Positions 21,066 through 32,952 of a DNA stretch of 64,000 nt are shown here, piece by piece (positions within the stretch are counted from its first letter, which is position 1; each line of letters opens with the position of its first letter). The translations under genes and the position numbers were made by a program. The stretch comes from Spizellomyces punctatus DAOM BR117. Lineage: Eukaryota. The stretch lies in assembly GCA_000182565.2 (NCBI GenBank), contig KQ257453.1; one strand, written 5' to 3'. The notes below the pieces were generated by a model. The model had not been told where the DNA came from. It did no database searches and saw only the letters and a list, made by a program, of their open reading frames with translations.

Positions 21066-21337
21066 CACGTCTAGCAGCCGTGAAAAGCTCTCGGCTGGTA
21101 GTAGCTGCCGTTAGCTCTCGGGGACCGTCAAACCTCGTTACCTTCGGGAAACTGGCCGACGGGGGACGGGTAGGGTTCGCAGCGTCGTTAAAGAAAAGTC
21201 GGGCACGTCTAGGTAGCCGTGAAAAGCTCTCGGCTAGTAGTAGCTGCCGTTAGCTCTCGGGGACGTCATTCCTCGTTACCTTCGGGGAACTGGCCGACGG
21301 GGGTGGAAAGGTTGGACCGTCGTTAAAGAAGTGTCGG
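21066..21337 (+). repeat. Two tandem ~138-bp copies with conserved hairpins
   Basis: cacgtctag...gccgtgaaaagctctcggct...gttaccttcggg.aac...gtcgttaaagaa starts at 21066 and 21204. Confidence 0.9.
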
Positions 21338-22546
21338 ACAAAGAGCATCGGGATAAGCTCTACGGTATGTATCCAAGTTGGTTGCCTTCGCCTTGCATTA
21401 CACCTTCCTTACCCTTCGTTATGCCTTCTTTATGCCTTGACCGATCAACGCTGCTACGACATTATCGCCTCACTCATCCACCAACTTGGGACTTTGCCGG
21501 TTACCACTTGACTGCCGCCACGATAAGCATCAAGTCGCACTTCACTTTATCGCACCTTGAACGTCTGGCAGCCTTCCACAAGTCGCAAGCTTCTTCAGGC
21601 TTTTCGCTCCACCGCAAGTATCAAGTCGCACTACGTTCTCCACACGGACAAGTACCACCGCCCACCTACCACCGCATGCTTTCCCTCCGTCGCCGCTACA
21701 AGTGTCATGTCAACCTCAGTGTCAAGTTCGCTTAGGCGTTTTCGCTGACCGCTCCTGGTCGCTTGGAAGCATCCGGCACGTTAGGCGGTGGACGGATAGA
21801 CTCCAGTCTTTAGTGCAGGCTGTCCTCGCCTTTTCTCTTGTATTATCCCGATATTTCATGTACTTTATAATGGCGTATAAAAATAGATGTGTGATTCCTG
21901 CGCTTTGTCGTTTTCAGTCTTTTGGCCGCACTTTGCGACGTGTTTAGCGTACCACTTAATTGGGCGCGTGTTACGCGGGGCTTACCTACGCTGATTGCAA
22001 GCCCCAAGTCAGCAGGCAGCATGCAGTGGTTTTTATTTCTTTTGGGATGTAAACTCCCGCTAGTCTTTGCGTCCTTATCAACTTCCAACAGCGTTGTTTC
22101 AATCGAGTGAATGTATTGAGGTTCATGTTTAGCAACTCTGCGCAACAAGGCTATGGGCATGTATCATGAGTTTGAGATACATGAACGGTTGTGTGGGTCG
22201 TTCACTGTTTGCAGAGTGTGGCGTGCACATGTTGTGAAAGAGGGAATAGTCAGAACGGAAAGGTTGAGTAAAGAGGGTGCGAAGAGCATGGCTTTGGCCT
22301 TCGTATGTGCAATTTGTAAAAGATGTCATGCACAGATCGATTGGACGATAGCAGTGGATATGAACAATTGGATTTGGTGATTACATGAATACGGAGCAGA
22401 AGACTATCTTAAATATCCAGCCAATGCGTTTGCTACAAAGCTCGAATCTTCCCTATGTGTATCCAAAGTGTCGCTGCAGAGGTTTCAATGCAACAAAGCA
22501 ACCCGTCTATGGAAAATCTAAAAATACCTAATCCCCGCTACGCCGA

Positions 22547-22991
22547 TCAGGCACCTTGGCCCGACTCTGTCGCAACTGCATTGTGACATTCATACAATGC
22601 CCGCAGCGCATTCACACATGTTGACGGTTCAGAAGGATTATCTTCCAGACATTTCTGATAGGTTTTTATCTGGTCTGCACAGCGGCGTTTGACTTGACGG
22701 AGCGATTCCACGCTTAAGGAATACGTGGGAATTTAGTTAAGAAGCAGAATAAGAACCATCCGGCAAGACGCAGTGCATCTTAGGACATACTTTTCTTCCG
22801 CGCACTTTGTCACCGCATTCTTTTCCTTTGCGCACACTGTTTCCCAATTTGTTGGGTTCTTCTCAACGCACTGGCTGGGGGACTGTGAGTACTATACAAA
22901 AGTCCACCACTGTCAAATGAGGTTCAACATACGTGTAAAACATTAGTTGCACATGGCAGTGCTTTGCAACCTCCTCCAAAGCTGACTCCAT
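22547..22991 (-). CDS. MIX14: Mitochondrial intermembrane-space quadruple CX9C protein (Mix14/CHCHD5-like), 102 aa
   Basis: Exons 22991-22933, 22874-22791, 22712-22547 splice in frame to MESALEEVAKHCHVQLMFYTQCVEKNPTNWETVCAKEKNAVTKCAEENVESLRQVKRRCADQIKTYQKCLEDNPSEPSTCVNALRALYECHNAVATESGQGA*, which has four CX9C motifs. Confidence 0.88.
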
Positions 22992-23383
22992 TGCCGTCCC
23001 AACAGAAATGAATGCATACGCTGCGACATGACCTCCAGCTGCAAAATCGAGGGTTTCTCTGGTGAATGAGTCATAGTGTGGTTCGAATGATGAAATTCGA
23101 CCCCCAAAACTCCGCGTTCAGACGACGCGTCGAGTGCTTTTGGAGTGAGTGTCCTGCTGCGAATTGCTGCTTGCGGCGAACGTTGTCTGTCGGTTTGGTA
23201 GGTAGATAAGGAGCACGATAGCAGCCCTTCTACAAGCACATTGAGCTGCAGCCTTTGGCCCCTTTTACAGTATTCGCTACCCTTCTCCATCGTCTCGGTT
23301 GTCAGGGCGTAACTACCAGCTTAAAACGGAGTCAGACACGAATTGCAAATTCAACGACCTCGAGGGCACTCTTTCTTTAAAGT

Positions 23384-25168
23384 ATGGCGACACCGGTGCG
23401 GAGCCATTCACCGACCAGAAACTTGGGCAGTGCGTTTGAGCTTTCAAAGGGGGGAGATCGCGGTGGGGGTGCAAAGAGTTTGGGCGTGAGACCCGGTGCG
23501 GACGTTGAGCTGGAGAAGCAGGTGAGGACCCCAGGCAGGAAAAGGCTTTTCCATATTTGTACCGGAAAGACTTTTTGATGAGATACTTTTTGTTGTGCAT
23601 CCAAGTGTATTGATTGTGGCCTTTTAGCTCAAAACCGGTCTGGACTTGATACAAGATGCATTTGATCGTCGCACCAGCGGGTTGTCCAATGAAGTGGCAA
23701 GATGGAAAGAGCTTGCATCAAATCAACGACAACAGGTAACCCGTGAAGTATTTCTATCACAGTTGTTCCCTCTCCTCAATTTGCAAACAGATAATGTCCC
23801 TTGAAGCCGAGATCTCCCAGCTTAACCGTCGTGTATCAGATTTGGAGCGAACGGTGGCAGCTCAACAAACAGAGAAAAAGTCTTTGCTGGCTTCGAAAAA
23901 TGTGTTGCTGGATCGGTACACGACGTTGAAGAAAAATGCCGCACAACTAGAGTCATTTAGAAAGGTGTGTCATAGACGCATTTCGGTACCAGTTTCTGTG
24001 GAGAATGCGATACTAAGTGTTTTTTATGCAGTCCATTGTGAGTATGGTCGAATATGGACCTGCCACTAACGGAATCAATGATTTGGACCGATCATTTGTG
24101 GATAATCCTTCTACTGAGGATTCTCATATGGGCAACAATGTTACCGCGGGTTCTAGTGGAATGGGAGGTTTTTTGCCAAATTTACCGGAGGATGTGATCA
24201 AGGAGGCGGCCCTTGAGTTGCATGACTCTGAGACGGGTACCTCATTCCTCGACGATAAAACGATGAGATCCTTTGATTTGGTATGTGACGCAAGTCTTTA
24301 CGTTTGACTGCAGTTGTACCTAGAGTAATGCTTTTTGATCCACAGCAGGGTAATCAATCGTTAGATTTTTCAATGTCCAGCAATCCCAATCAGTCTTTGC
24401 TATCACGCCTGCACGCCCAACCCCAAACCGCAAGACGACCTGGATCTGGCCAGTCGCAGCAATCTTCTCGTGTCCAGCTGAATGATTGGCGAAATGTGGA
24501 TACTCAGCGAAAAGCATTTGAAGACAGAAAATCCATGGACAAACTGCGGGTAAGTGGTATGCGGGAGGGCATGTGTTTTCGTCAATGTGCCTGACAAAAG
24601 CTGTCTTATATAGCTGAGTTTGCGGGATGATGCCACACCGACGCCAACGTCCGCAAGGCTAAAATTGCAAGGTAACGTTACATAGATGTGCTTGTTCAAA
24701 ATTGGAACAGCGGATAATGTAGTGTAATTTATAGGATCCAATGAACTCAATTCCGAAAGCTCCCCAAATCTGAGCACCAACACCCTAGACAGCAATCGAG
24801 GAGGATTTAACGCCCCTCAGGGATCACAAACTCCAACTCCACAGCAATCGTCAAATCTCACCTCTGTCTTCCCAAATGCTAATACCGCTCCCGCGACAGC
24901 ATCCATTGACGCGCCGATTCTATATAAACAAATTAGGGACAGCCTTACTCCATCTGAATTCGAAGACTTTGCAGCTAATGTGGCTCTATTTAATGCTGCC
25001 CAACAAACAGCTGATCAAACAGTGCGCAATATAGGCAAAATTGTGAAAGATCGTGGGCTATTTGTGCAGATGCGATCCTTGATTTATACGGCGTTGGAAG
25101 AAAGTGGGAAAGGACAAACAGTTAGTGGTGAGGCGACCGGAAAGGACGGTGAAATAAGTAGAAAGTAA
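23384..25168 (+). CDS. Coiled-coil protein with a C-terminal helical domain resembling the At4g15545 family
   Basis: Spliced frame ...LDLIQDAFDRRTSGLSNEVARWKE...MSLEAEISQLNRRVSDLE...QLESFRK. C-terminus IDAPILYKQIRDSLTPSEFEDFAANVALFNAAQQTADQTV. Family assignment is from memory. Confidence 0.7.
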
Positions 25169-25365
25169 AACGATTGTGCGTATTTTTCTGTGTAATTTAA
25201 AATTGAATTATAGCGTGGTATCCTCTTGTAACTTGGTTCATGCCCTTTCAAAAACGTATCACTACAGAGTGTTCTTCTGCTCACCACTACCCACCGCCCC
25301 GCCATTCATCCGCCTTGGCTTCCTGCAACATATTTCCTTGAACCAAAGCAACGATAGCATTCACC

Positions 25366-28300
25366 ATGCCCGCTTTCAATGCCATGTCCGCCTGGAAATC
25401 CATTGGGTTCACTGGTAGAACGAGGACATCACAAACTTAAACCCGTCAAAATTCATCCGATACACGCGCGTGGATAAAAAATAAGGTTGGAAGAACGTTC
25501 TTCATATAATTAAGGTTGTGGCACAGTCATACAAAGGCTTATCACGAAAGTTACATGCTCAACGTTCCTTGTTGGCAAGAGCTTTCTTCATCGGCTGCAT
25601 GCCCCCCGCCTTCCTTCCGTCATATTCCGTTGCTACCTGATTATAGAAAGTACGATAGATTTGAACGATTGTTCCTTTATGCGGGTCATTTCTTTTTAGA
25701 CACTGGTGACCGAACAACGAGAACCATCCGGCCTTTTTTTGTTTCCCCATTTCGCCCTTGTAACATTGTCCGCATGTTATGGCCGAGCACCAACTCCACT
25801 GGTTCACTGCAGGGACAAACGACGTTCATGCAGTATCGGCTCTTATTGGCGGGTTTATTTTGATATTTGGCAAGTAATGATAATGTCGTCATAGAAGTTG
25901 TGAAATTCTTTGGTTTTCCACAACGTTCATTGTATGTGCCAGGACGCTAACAGTTTTGCGTCCTTGTAGGCTTCGTCTCCCTTATTGTAAAGGAGCGACT
26001 GTATCTATCCGAATCGCTTGTTGCAACAATCGTGGGAATCATCATTGGTTTGTGGGACGGATATCTTTTCGGCGCTGGAAGCGGTCAACTTACTTGCGCT
26101 CCTTCTTAGGCCCTGTGGGAATCAATTTACTGGATCCATACCTATGGGCGGGAGAGATCCAGAATATCACCCTGGCATTCACAGAGTTTGCCATAGCTAT
26201 TCAGGTAATTTCAATGCAGCGTTCTAGGAGGTATATTGGTTTTTGCTCAATCTTTACTGACAGGTTATGACGGCTGCTGTTGGACTGCCAAGGTAAAGTG
26301 TGAAACAACTAATGTTAAAAAGGAGGATAGCTTACGTGGGATTGCATGTAAAAGGAAATTTTGGAAAACACAATGGCCGAGTCTTGCGGTACTTTACGGT
26401 CCGGTCATCATTTGGATGTGGCTGGTCGTCGCCCTGTTGATCTGGTTGATATTGAGAGTAGATTGGGTAAGATCCGTGATGATAAAAAGCCTTCCAAGTT
26501 GCCCTGCTTATGAGCGGTATATTTATTTTGGTAGACACATGCGATGATCCTCGCGGCGTGTACTGCGCCAACCGATCCGGTATGTATGTCGCCGTTACTT
26601 TGCTACATTCAGATTGGCCGTTCTAATATCGGAAATTTTGTCAGATTTTGGCCAATTCGATCGTTGCTGGTCGTTTCGCTGAAAAGTACATCTCTGTTCC
26701 CATACGCGAACTTTTGTCTGGAGAGAGGTATGTCACCTGTTTGCGTTGATTCATCGTGTACATGCAAAAATTTGACTCACTTCTCATAGTGCGGCGAATG
26801 ACGGTGAGTGATACGACACGACCTGTATATTATACTGCGGCTTTTGGTTTAGCCCCTATAAGTCTAACGGAATAGTCGACTGCTAACAGGGCTGGCGCTC
26901 CCGTTTTTCAAGTTGGGAATCTTGCTATTGCAGTACCCTAGAGGGAAGGCGTGGGGAACTTGGTTTTACCGAGTTTGGCTGTAAGTATCTCTCGGCAGCA
27001 CATTGGTGGATACATTGCTCAACATCTTTGTACAGATACGAAGTCGGAGTCGGTGTACTATTTGGTGCGGTGGTTGGATATCTCGCTAAAGCTGCGTTAC
27101 GATTCTCCGAGAAGCGTAATTATATTGACAAACGAAGTTTCCTATCTGTTGAGATCGCTCTGGCTGTGAGTTTCCATAATTTAATATTCAGAGGGGCTTT
27201 TGCGGATATGGTCATTCTTCTTATTTTCTGTCTCTTCCTGCCGTAGACCTTTATACTTGGAATGTCGGCGATGTTTGATCTCGCCAGCTTCTTGGCGGTC
27301 TTTATGGCCGGTCTTGTATTTGCATGGGACGGATGGTTTACCGAGGAAACTGAGGAAGCGCATGTGCAAGAAGTTGTGGATAATCTAATTAATCTGACTT
27401 TCTTTATCTATTTTGGTACGTTGGTATTTATCCTTGCAAACACGTCGCAGAATTCCAACTTGTTGACACTGTTCTTCTTCGCAGGGACGATTATCCCCTG
27501 GGCGACATTCACTACTTTACTCTCCCTTCCGCGCTTGATTCTTCTTGCTATTACCCTCCTCGCCCTGCGCCGACTTCCAGTTGTTTTGGCCTTACATGTA
27601 TTCATGCGACCCCCATTATATACCATCCGTGATGCTCTTCTGGTTGGACACTTTGGTCCCCTTGGCGTTGGGGCTGTGTGGTATATGGCGTATGCGCATA
27701 AACAGGGAGTTTTCACGGAGCAGCATGTTAGCGTGATCATGTTTCTCGTGTTTTGTTCGGTGGTTGTATATGGTATTACGGCACCGTTGATGCATGGGAT
27801 GATCAGAACCTTGAGTGTTGTGAGGGTATACAGCGGAAGAACTTTGAGTGCTGGAGGGGATAGAGGTGTAGCAGCATGGCCTTCAGGGGTACGTGATGAT
27901 TTCTGCTGTTTTAGCTTGTGAGCGCATGAATTCTGTGATTAACATTCCGCATTAGGTTCCAATGTCCGTGACAGCCATCTCAGGACCCATTATCCCACCC
28001 AGTGAACAGCTGGATGTCGCAGCACACCAAGGACCAAACGACAGCGCGAATACAATCACGACTACACCAGACGATTCGCCAGCACCACCCGGAATTCTCA
28101 TTGTCAAACCTACTTCCACCACTACTTCATCCACACCTTCCACCCCAACTGCAGACAAATTCACCGGCCTGACACCCAATGGAAATGGTATTCACATCCC
28201 ACCACCCTCTGATCCAGCCATTGTCATACACGAGACCATTCATATCGATACTCCGGCGTCGTCGCGACCATCTACACCGGGTCCCAGGCAAGGTGAACTG

Positions 28301-28423
28301 GGAATACCTCCGGGTGCACCCCAAGACTTGCGAATTGCATCGGACGATGAGGGAGCTGAATTGGATGAGAGCGGACATTTAGTTGACGTGGGAGTCAGAT
28401 TCAGAAGATTTGACACGCGGTAG
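25366..28423 (+). CDS. NHA1: Na+/H+ antiporter, CPA1 family (Nha1/Sod2-like), many small exons; start uncertain
   Basis: GGFILIFGFVSLIVKERLYLSESLVA, AIQVMTAAVGLP, ACTAPTDP, ESAANDG, LRRLP, GHFGPLGVGA. Low-complexity C-terminal tail. Confidence 0.88.
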
Positions 28424-28693
28424 TGCCTTTAAAGAACGTTGGCGAGGACACATCTGGACTCTTGCGATCATCTGTAATTTATCTTATTATTATGCTTCTA
28501 TTCTTTTCTTTTCACAACTCTTGAACCATGTTTTTGTGTGAACCATTCCCCTGACATTTCGGCCAGAGATGTGCAGCACAATAGAGTGTGATAAAATCTC
28601 ATTAATATTACAACAAAAGAAAAAAACGAGAGAGAGGGTAAACCAAAAACTATATACTTATGAAAATGAGAAACCTACTGCATCAACACCACA

Positions 28694-31600
28694 TTATTTT
28701 TCCCAAACGCCCCTAAAAACGCGTACAAAAGCCTCGCCTCCCATCCCATCTACCAAGTTCACCAAAGAGCTTCGCATCCTCTTTCGAACTTTTCCTAGAC
28801 ATTTTTCCAATTCCACATCCCCGTCATTACCAACTGCCAAACCTTCCACAACCCATCGCAGAGCCAAAAACTCTCCAACATGATCCAAATAGCTTCTTTT
28901 GGTCCCTTCTGATTGGTCAAGGAGTGTCAAAAGCGCTTTAGAGAACTTCTTCATGTCGCCTTTTGTGCAGGCGGTCAGGTAGAGCATTATGGCGAGTGCA
29001 ATCACCGGGGGAGTTGATTGCAAAAGTTGCGGTGGAATACGTTTGTTGTGTGCCAGGCAGTGGAGACTTAACGTGGTTGGAGACGTGTACAAGATCGGGG
29101 GTGCTGGAGAACTTTTGGTTGGAGAAGGCAAGAGCTGGTGGATACACCCGGGTAAGGCAGATGTAAGAACAGATGCATAAAATTGCTGGTATGTTGTCCA
29201 TGAACCGTTGAACGAGCTCAAAAGGACTTCATTAGGAATTTGCGTGAGCCATGCTAGCCGGGGGACCGGTGTCTGATGCAGAGATTTCACGCCTTTGGTG
29301 AACAGATTCTCGGATGCACGACTGAGGAAGGGTATACGGAGTGTTCGTGAGGCGATGCGAAGCTGAAGACTGCTGAGCACCTGTAGTGCTGCGATCTGTT
29401 GCGGAGAATGGTGATGGGCTTTGGCGCGTTTCGTAAGATTCCAGGCCTGTAGTGTTATGTAAAGTTTCAGAAGCGGGCTCGTATTGGGGTTGGCTGGTTG
29501 AAAAACAGGAGTAATGTCGATGAGATTATGCCATGCTTGAAAAAATATTTAAAATAAACTTACATCCGGCAAGGTCGGTCTCCAGCACCTTTGCAGCAAT
29601 CTTTGCAGCACCTGCCCAGTATCGACCCTCTTCGCCTTCTTTAGATCCCCACAACATCCCATACCCAGCATATCTCAGAGCTTCCAGTATCACACGGCCC
29701 CACAGACCCAAGCCATTTCCACTTGGGATTTCTTTGCCAACCAAACCACCCAAAAGCCCCGCGACCTCTCCATATGACACCTTCCGCTCGTCTTCCACAA
29801 TTCTCACGGCCTCCGCAGCCGCGGACGCTACAGACGCATCCACACCCTTGCGTCGCTTGGGTCCAACATTCGTTACGACTTGCGTCATACACACGACAAG
29901 GAATACGAATTTGATGATGGCCCAGAGATTCAGCCACCATTCTCCGCCGGAAAGAGCCAGGGGGTGGCCGATGACTTTGCCCTGTGTATGCGAGTGATGT
30001 CCACCTTCGAAGGGGCTTGGAGCCCAGAGGACACAGGCACACATCATCATCATTGCCATCATTCGCATACCTTGCCCATTGTCCATGGGTAAGTCTGGAG
30101 AAGACGGCGGCGGTGACGGCGACCCGGAGGATGCAGAAGACTCTGAAGAGTGAGGAACAACTTCCTCCGTTGCCTGCCCAGTTTGATGGTCGATGTGAGA
30201 TTTTGCCTGCTGCTGCAGTTGCTGAGCATGAGACTCGAGAGATATCTTTCGTAACAACTCGCTTCCACCCATAGACTCAATGATTGATCGTAACCGGTGA
30301 TTTTCCTCCATGTAGCGCTGATTCGAAGCCTTCAAGTGCAGGATGTACTCTGTAGACTTTCTCAAGATTGTTGCCTTATTCAACTTCTTGGCGGCGGAAA
30401 CGCCGTCAATAATTTCTTCCTCTCCATCACTGGAGGACGAATCGCTATCCATCGCTTCACCATTTACACGTCGTTTGCTGCCCTTGGCATCGCGAACCTT
30501 TGGCCCATTAAGCGCCGGTACCACCAGACGGAGCTCAGTTATACGGTCATTGATGTTATTACGGTATCGACGCTCGATAGCATTATGTGCGACTTTGCGT
30601 TGGTGTTTAATCATCTGCGCTGCAATCTGTTGTGAACTTGGCCGAGGCTTGACAAGACGTGTGATCGGAACTTTCAGATCACCGTTTTGGCCGATGGGGG
30701 AAGTAGTGGATGGAGGGGATTGGGTGAAATCAGGAGTCTGCATATGAGTCACTAGATAGAACAAAGAGCGGTTTGGTATGAGTAAAGGGCAACATGCTAC
30801 GGGAACTACAGCGAATATACGTACCAGGTGTGACAACATTTACTGCATTCTTGATGGGTCCGCCCTCCTGTGCAAGCGGAACGCCGGTAGGTGTTGGAGG
30901 TAAGCCAAAAGGATACACTTGAGCCACAGATCCGACCTGTGGCATAAGCGGATTCACTGCAGGAGCTGGCGCGCCCATGAAAACGGCGTTCGGGCCAGGA
31001 GGAAGTGACATTCCCACCTGAACACCCGGTGACAAAACGGTGGGTGAACCCAAACCTGGGCTCTGTGCTGAAGTGGAGACCGACGGGGACGTGTTTTCCT
31101 CAATAGGGCTGGAAGCTGTAGCAACTTCAATGGGAGAAACCGCTTCCGCAGCTGGGGCAGTTGCTGTTGTCGCAGTCATCAATTGTGCAGTGGTGGCTAC
31201 CGATGTTTCAGGCATTTGGACAAGAGTTGTCGGCAAATTATGTTTTGAAACGCTTTTCGATCGACTCTTTCGCTTCGATTTCGTATCGCCCTCGCCATCC
31301 GTCTTTTTGCTGCTCTTTTTCTTCTTACTCTGCTGAACTGTTGTATCCACCTGTTGCTCGGGTACATCCCCAGCTGAAGAGTCCATGGATGCCTTACGTT
31401 TCGACTTTTTCGAAGAGCGAGAAGGCTTATCAGTAACAAATCCCAGCTCATCTGACATTGCTTGTATATCCGATTTAATGTGGTCTTCCGGCGTATCCAA
31501 AATTTGATTCGTGAGCAGCGTAAAGTCTTGCTCAATGTTCAATGTGTCGAGATACGAGAAATTGGCTGTAGCATTTGTCGCATCAGACGCAGGAACAGTT

Positions 31601-32079
31601 GTAAAGCTGCTCATAAAGGGATCCATTTCGTTCGTTGCAGGCAGAGAACCGTAGCCATAGGTGGACAAGGTGGAAGGGATAGATGTTGTAAGGAGCGAAT
31701 GAGAGTTGGGTCCTAAAGGCATCAAGTCGGCTTGGGAGGCGAACGTCCAGTGAGGAGGCTGCGAAGGATAGCGCCCAGCTGCAGCTGCTGCAGCGGCGGC
31801 AGCAGCTGCGGCAATGTGATATTCAATAGCGTTTGTAGGCCCTTGAGAGGACACGGCGGGATTATGGGTAGGTTGAGCAGGTGGTGGCGGTGGGAGCGGC
31901 ATTTGGTGCGTATTGTTTCTCGCTGCTGTAGCAGCCGCACGAGCCGCGGCAGCTGCAGCAGCACCTGCTTGGAATCCGGCTAAATAGGGATCCATTTCAC
32001 CTGCATCCTGCTGCTGCTGTTGCTGGTTGTGCAAGCCAAAGGAGGGGGCTGGCGGATATGGGCTCACCATTGACTCCAT
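28694..32079 (-). CDS. SRE1: SREBP-like membrane-anchored bHLH-zip transcription factor
   Basis: bHLH HNAIERRYRNNINDRI with the SREBP-diagnostic Tyr, LNKATILRKSTEYI, followed by hydrophobic segments and a C-terminal domain. At least 2 introns. Confidence 0.85.
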
Positions 32080-32952
32080 GTCGGACGGTCAACTTGTACG
32101 GTACCGGGACGACGATGACGACGAATCTCTTTTCAAAATGTACGAAATATAACGCTCTCAGGAGGACAGGGGAGAAGGGAAATGGCTCGTTTTACGCTTT
32201 TTGTACAGCCAGTTGGTGTAGGCGTCTTGTGCTGTGAGCGACAACGGCGGCGAACTTTTTGGACACCAATCAGCCGTGGTGGGTCGCAAAGTGTGAAAAG
32301 TGGGGCCATCGTCGGCCTTTTGTCCGCCGTGAGTCACCTCATCTCATTTACCCATTTATGGATGTTATATTTCTATATATGGCTATATGGAATTGGTGAG
32401 TCGCATCAGGCCATCCAGTCGGAGTGTTCATTTTTTGGCGTACGTCAGCGGCGTTTTGAAAGGATTGAGGCTGCAAGAGACAAGACACAGCAAAGGGCTG
32501 TGGAGTGCCAAGATATTTTTCAGCACGGGATGCATTCCTGAGACAATGTTCATGAAGCAAAGGGTTAAGATGGGAACAGGCGAGTGAGCAGGTGCAGCAT
32601 GCAACCATTCAGTTAGGTAAAACTCTAGCACAAGGTGTCCACACGGCCCATGCCAGTAAAAGAGCCTACGAACTTCGATTCACGGGCATCGTGTCAAGTC
32701 ATTGAGGAAGAGTGCACTCATTGTCCTAGCCTATGCAATAGTTGAGTTTGCCATGTACGCAATGCAATGCACATACCACTCTGGTGGGCGACTCACTTGA
32801 GTATTACGCAATCCACACCATAGCATCACGTGTATGCAAGCCACATGCAAGCCACGCGAATGTTTCCGTCTCCATCGACGCCAAAAGGAACCAACTCATT
32901 TTGACTTGTGTTTGCAGAACAAGGCAATTTCCCCAATCCCCACAAACCAACA

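Noticed and set aside
19557-21337. CRISPR array
   Set aside because: Eukaryotic context, long units without unique regular spacers, and no cas genes.
21965-22016. H-type pseudoknot or twister-like fold (ggggctt/aagcccc with gctgatt/agtcagc), or a Helitron 3' hairpin
   Set aside because: The third loop would be only 1 nt, twister core residues are missing, there is no well-placed CTRR end, and it is single-copy here.
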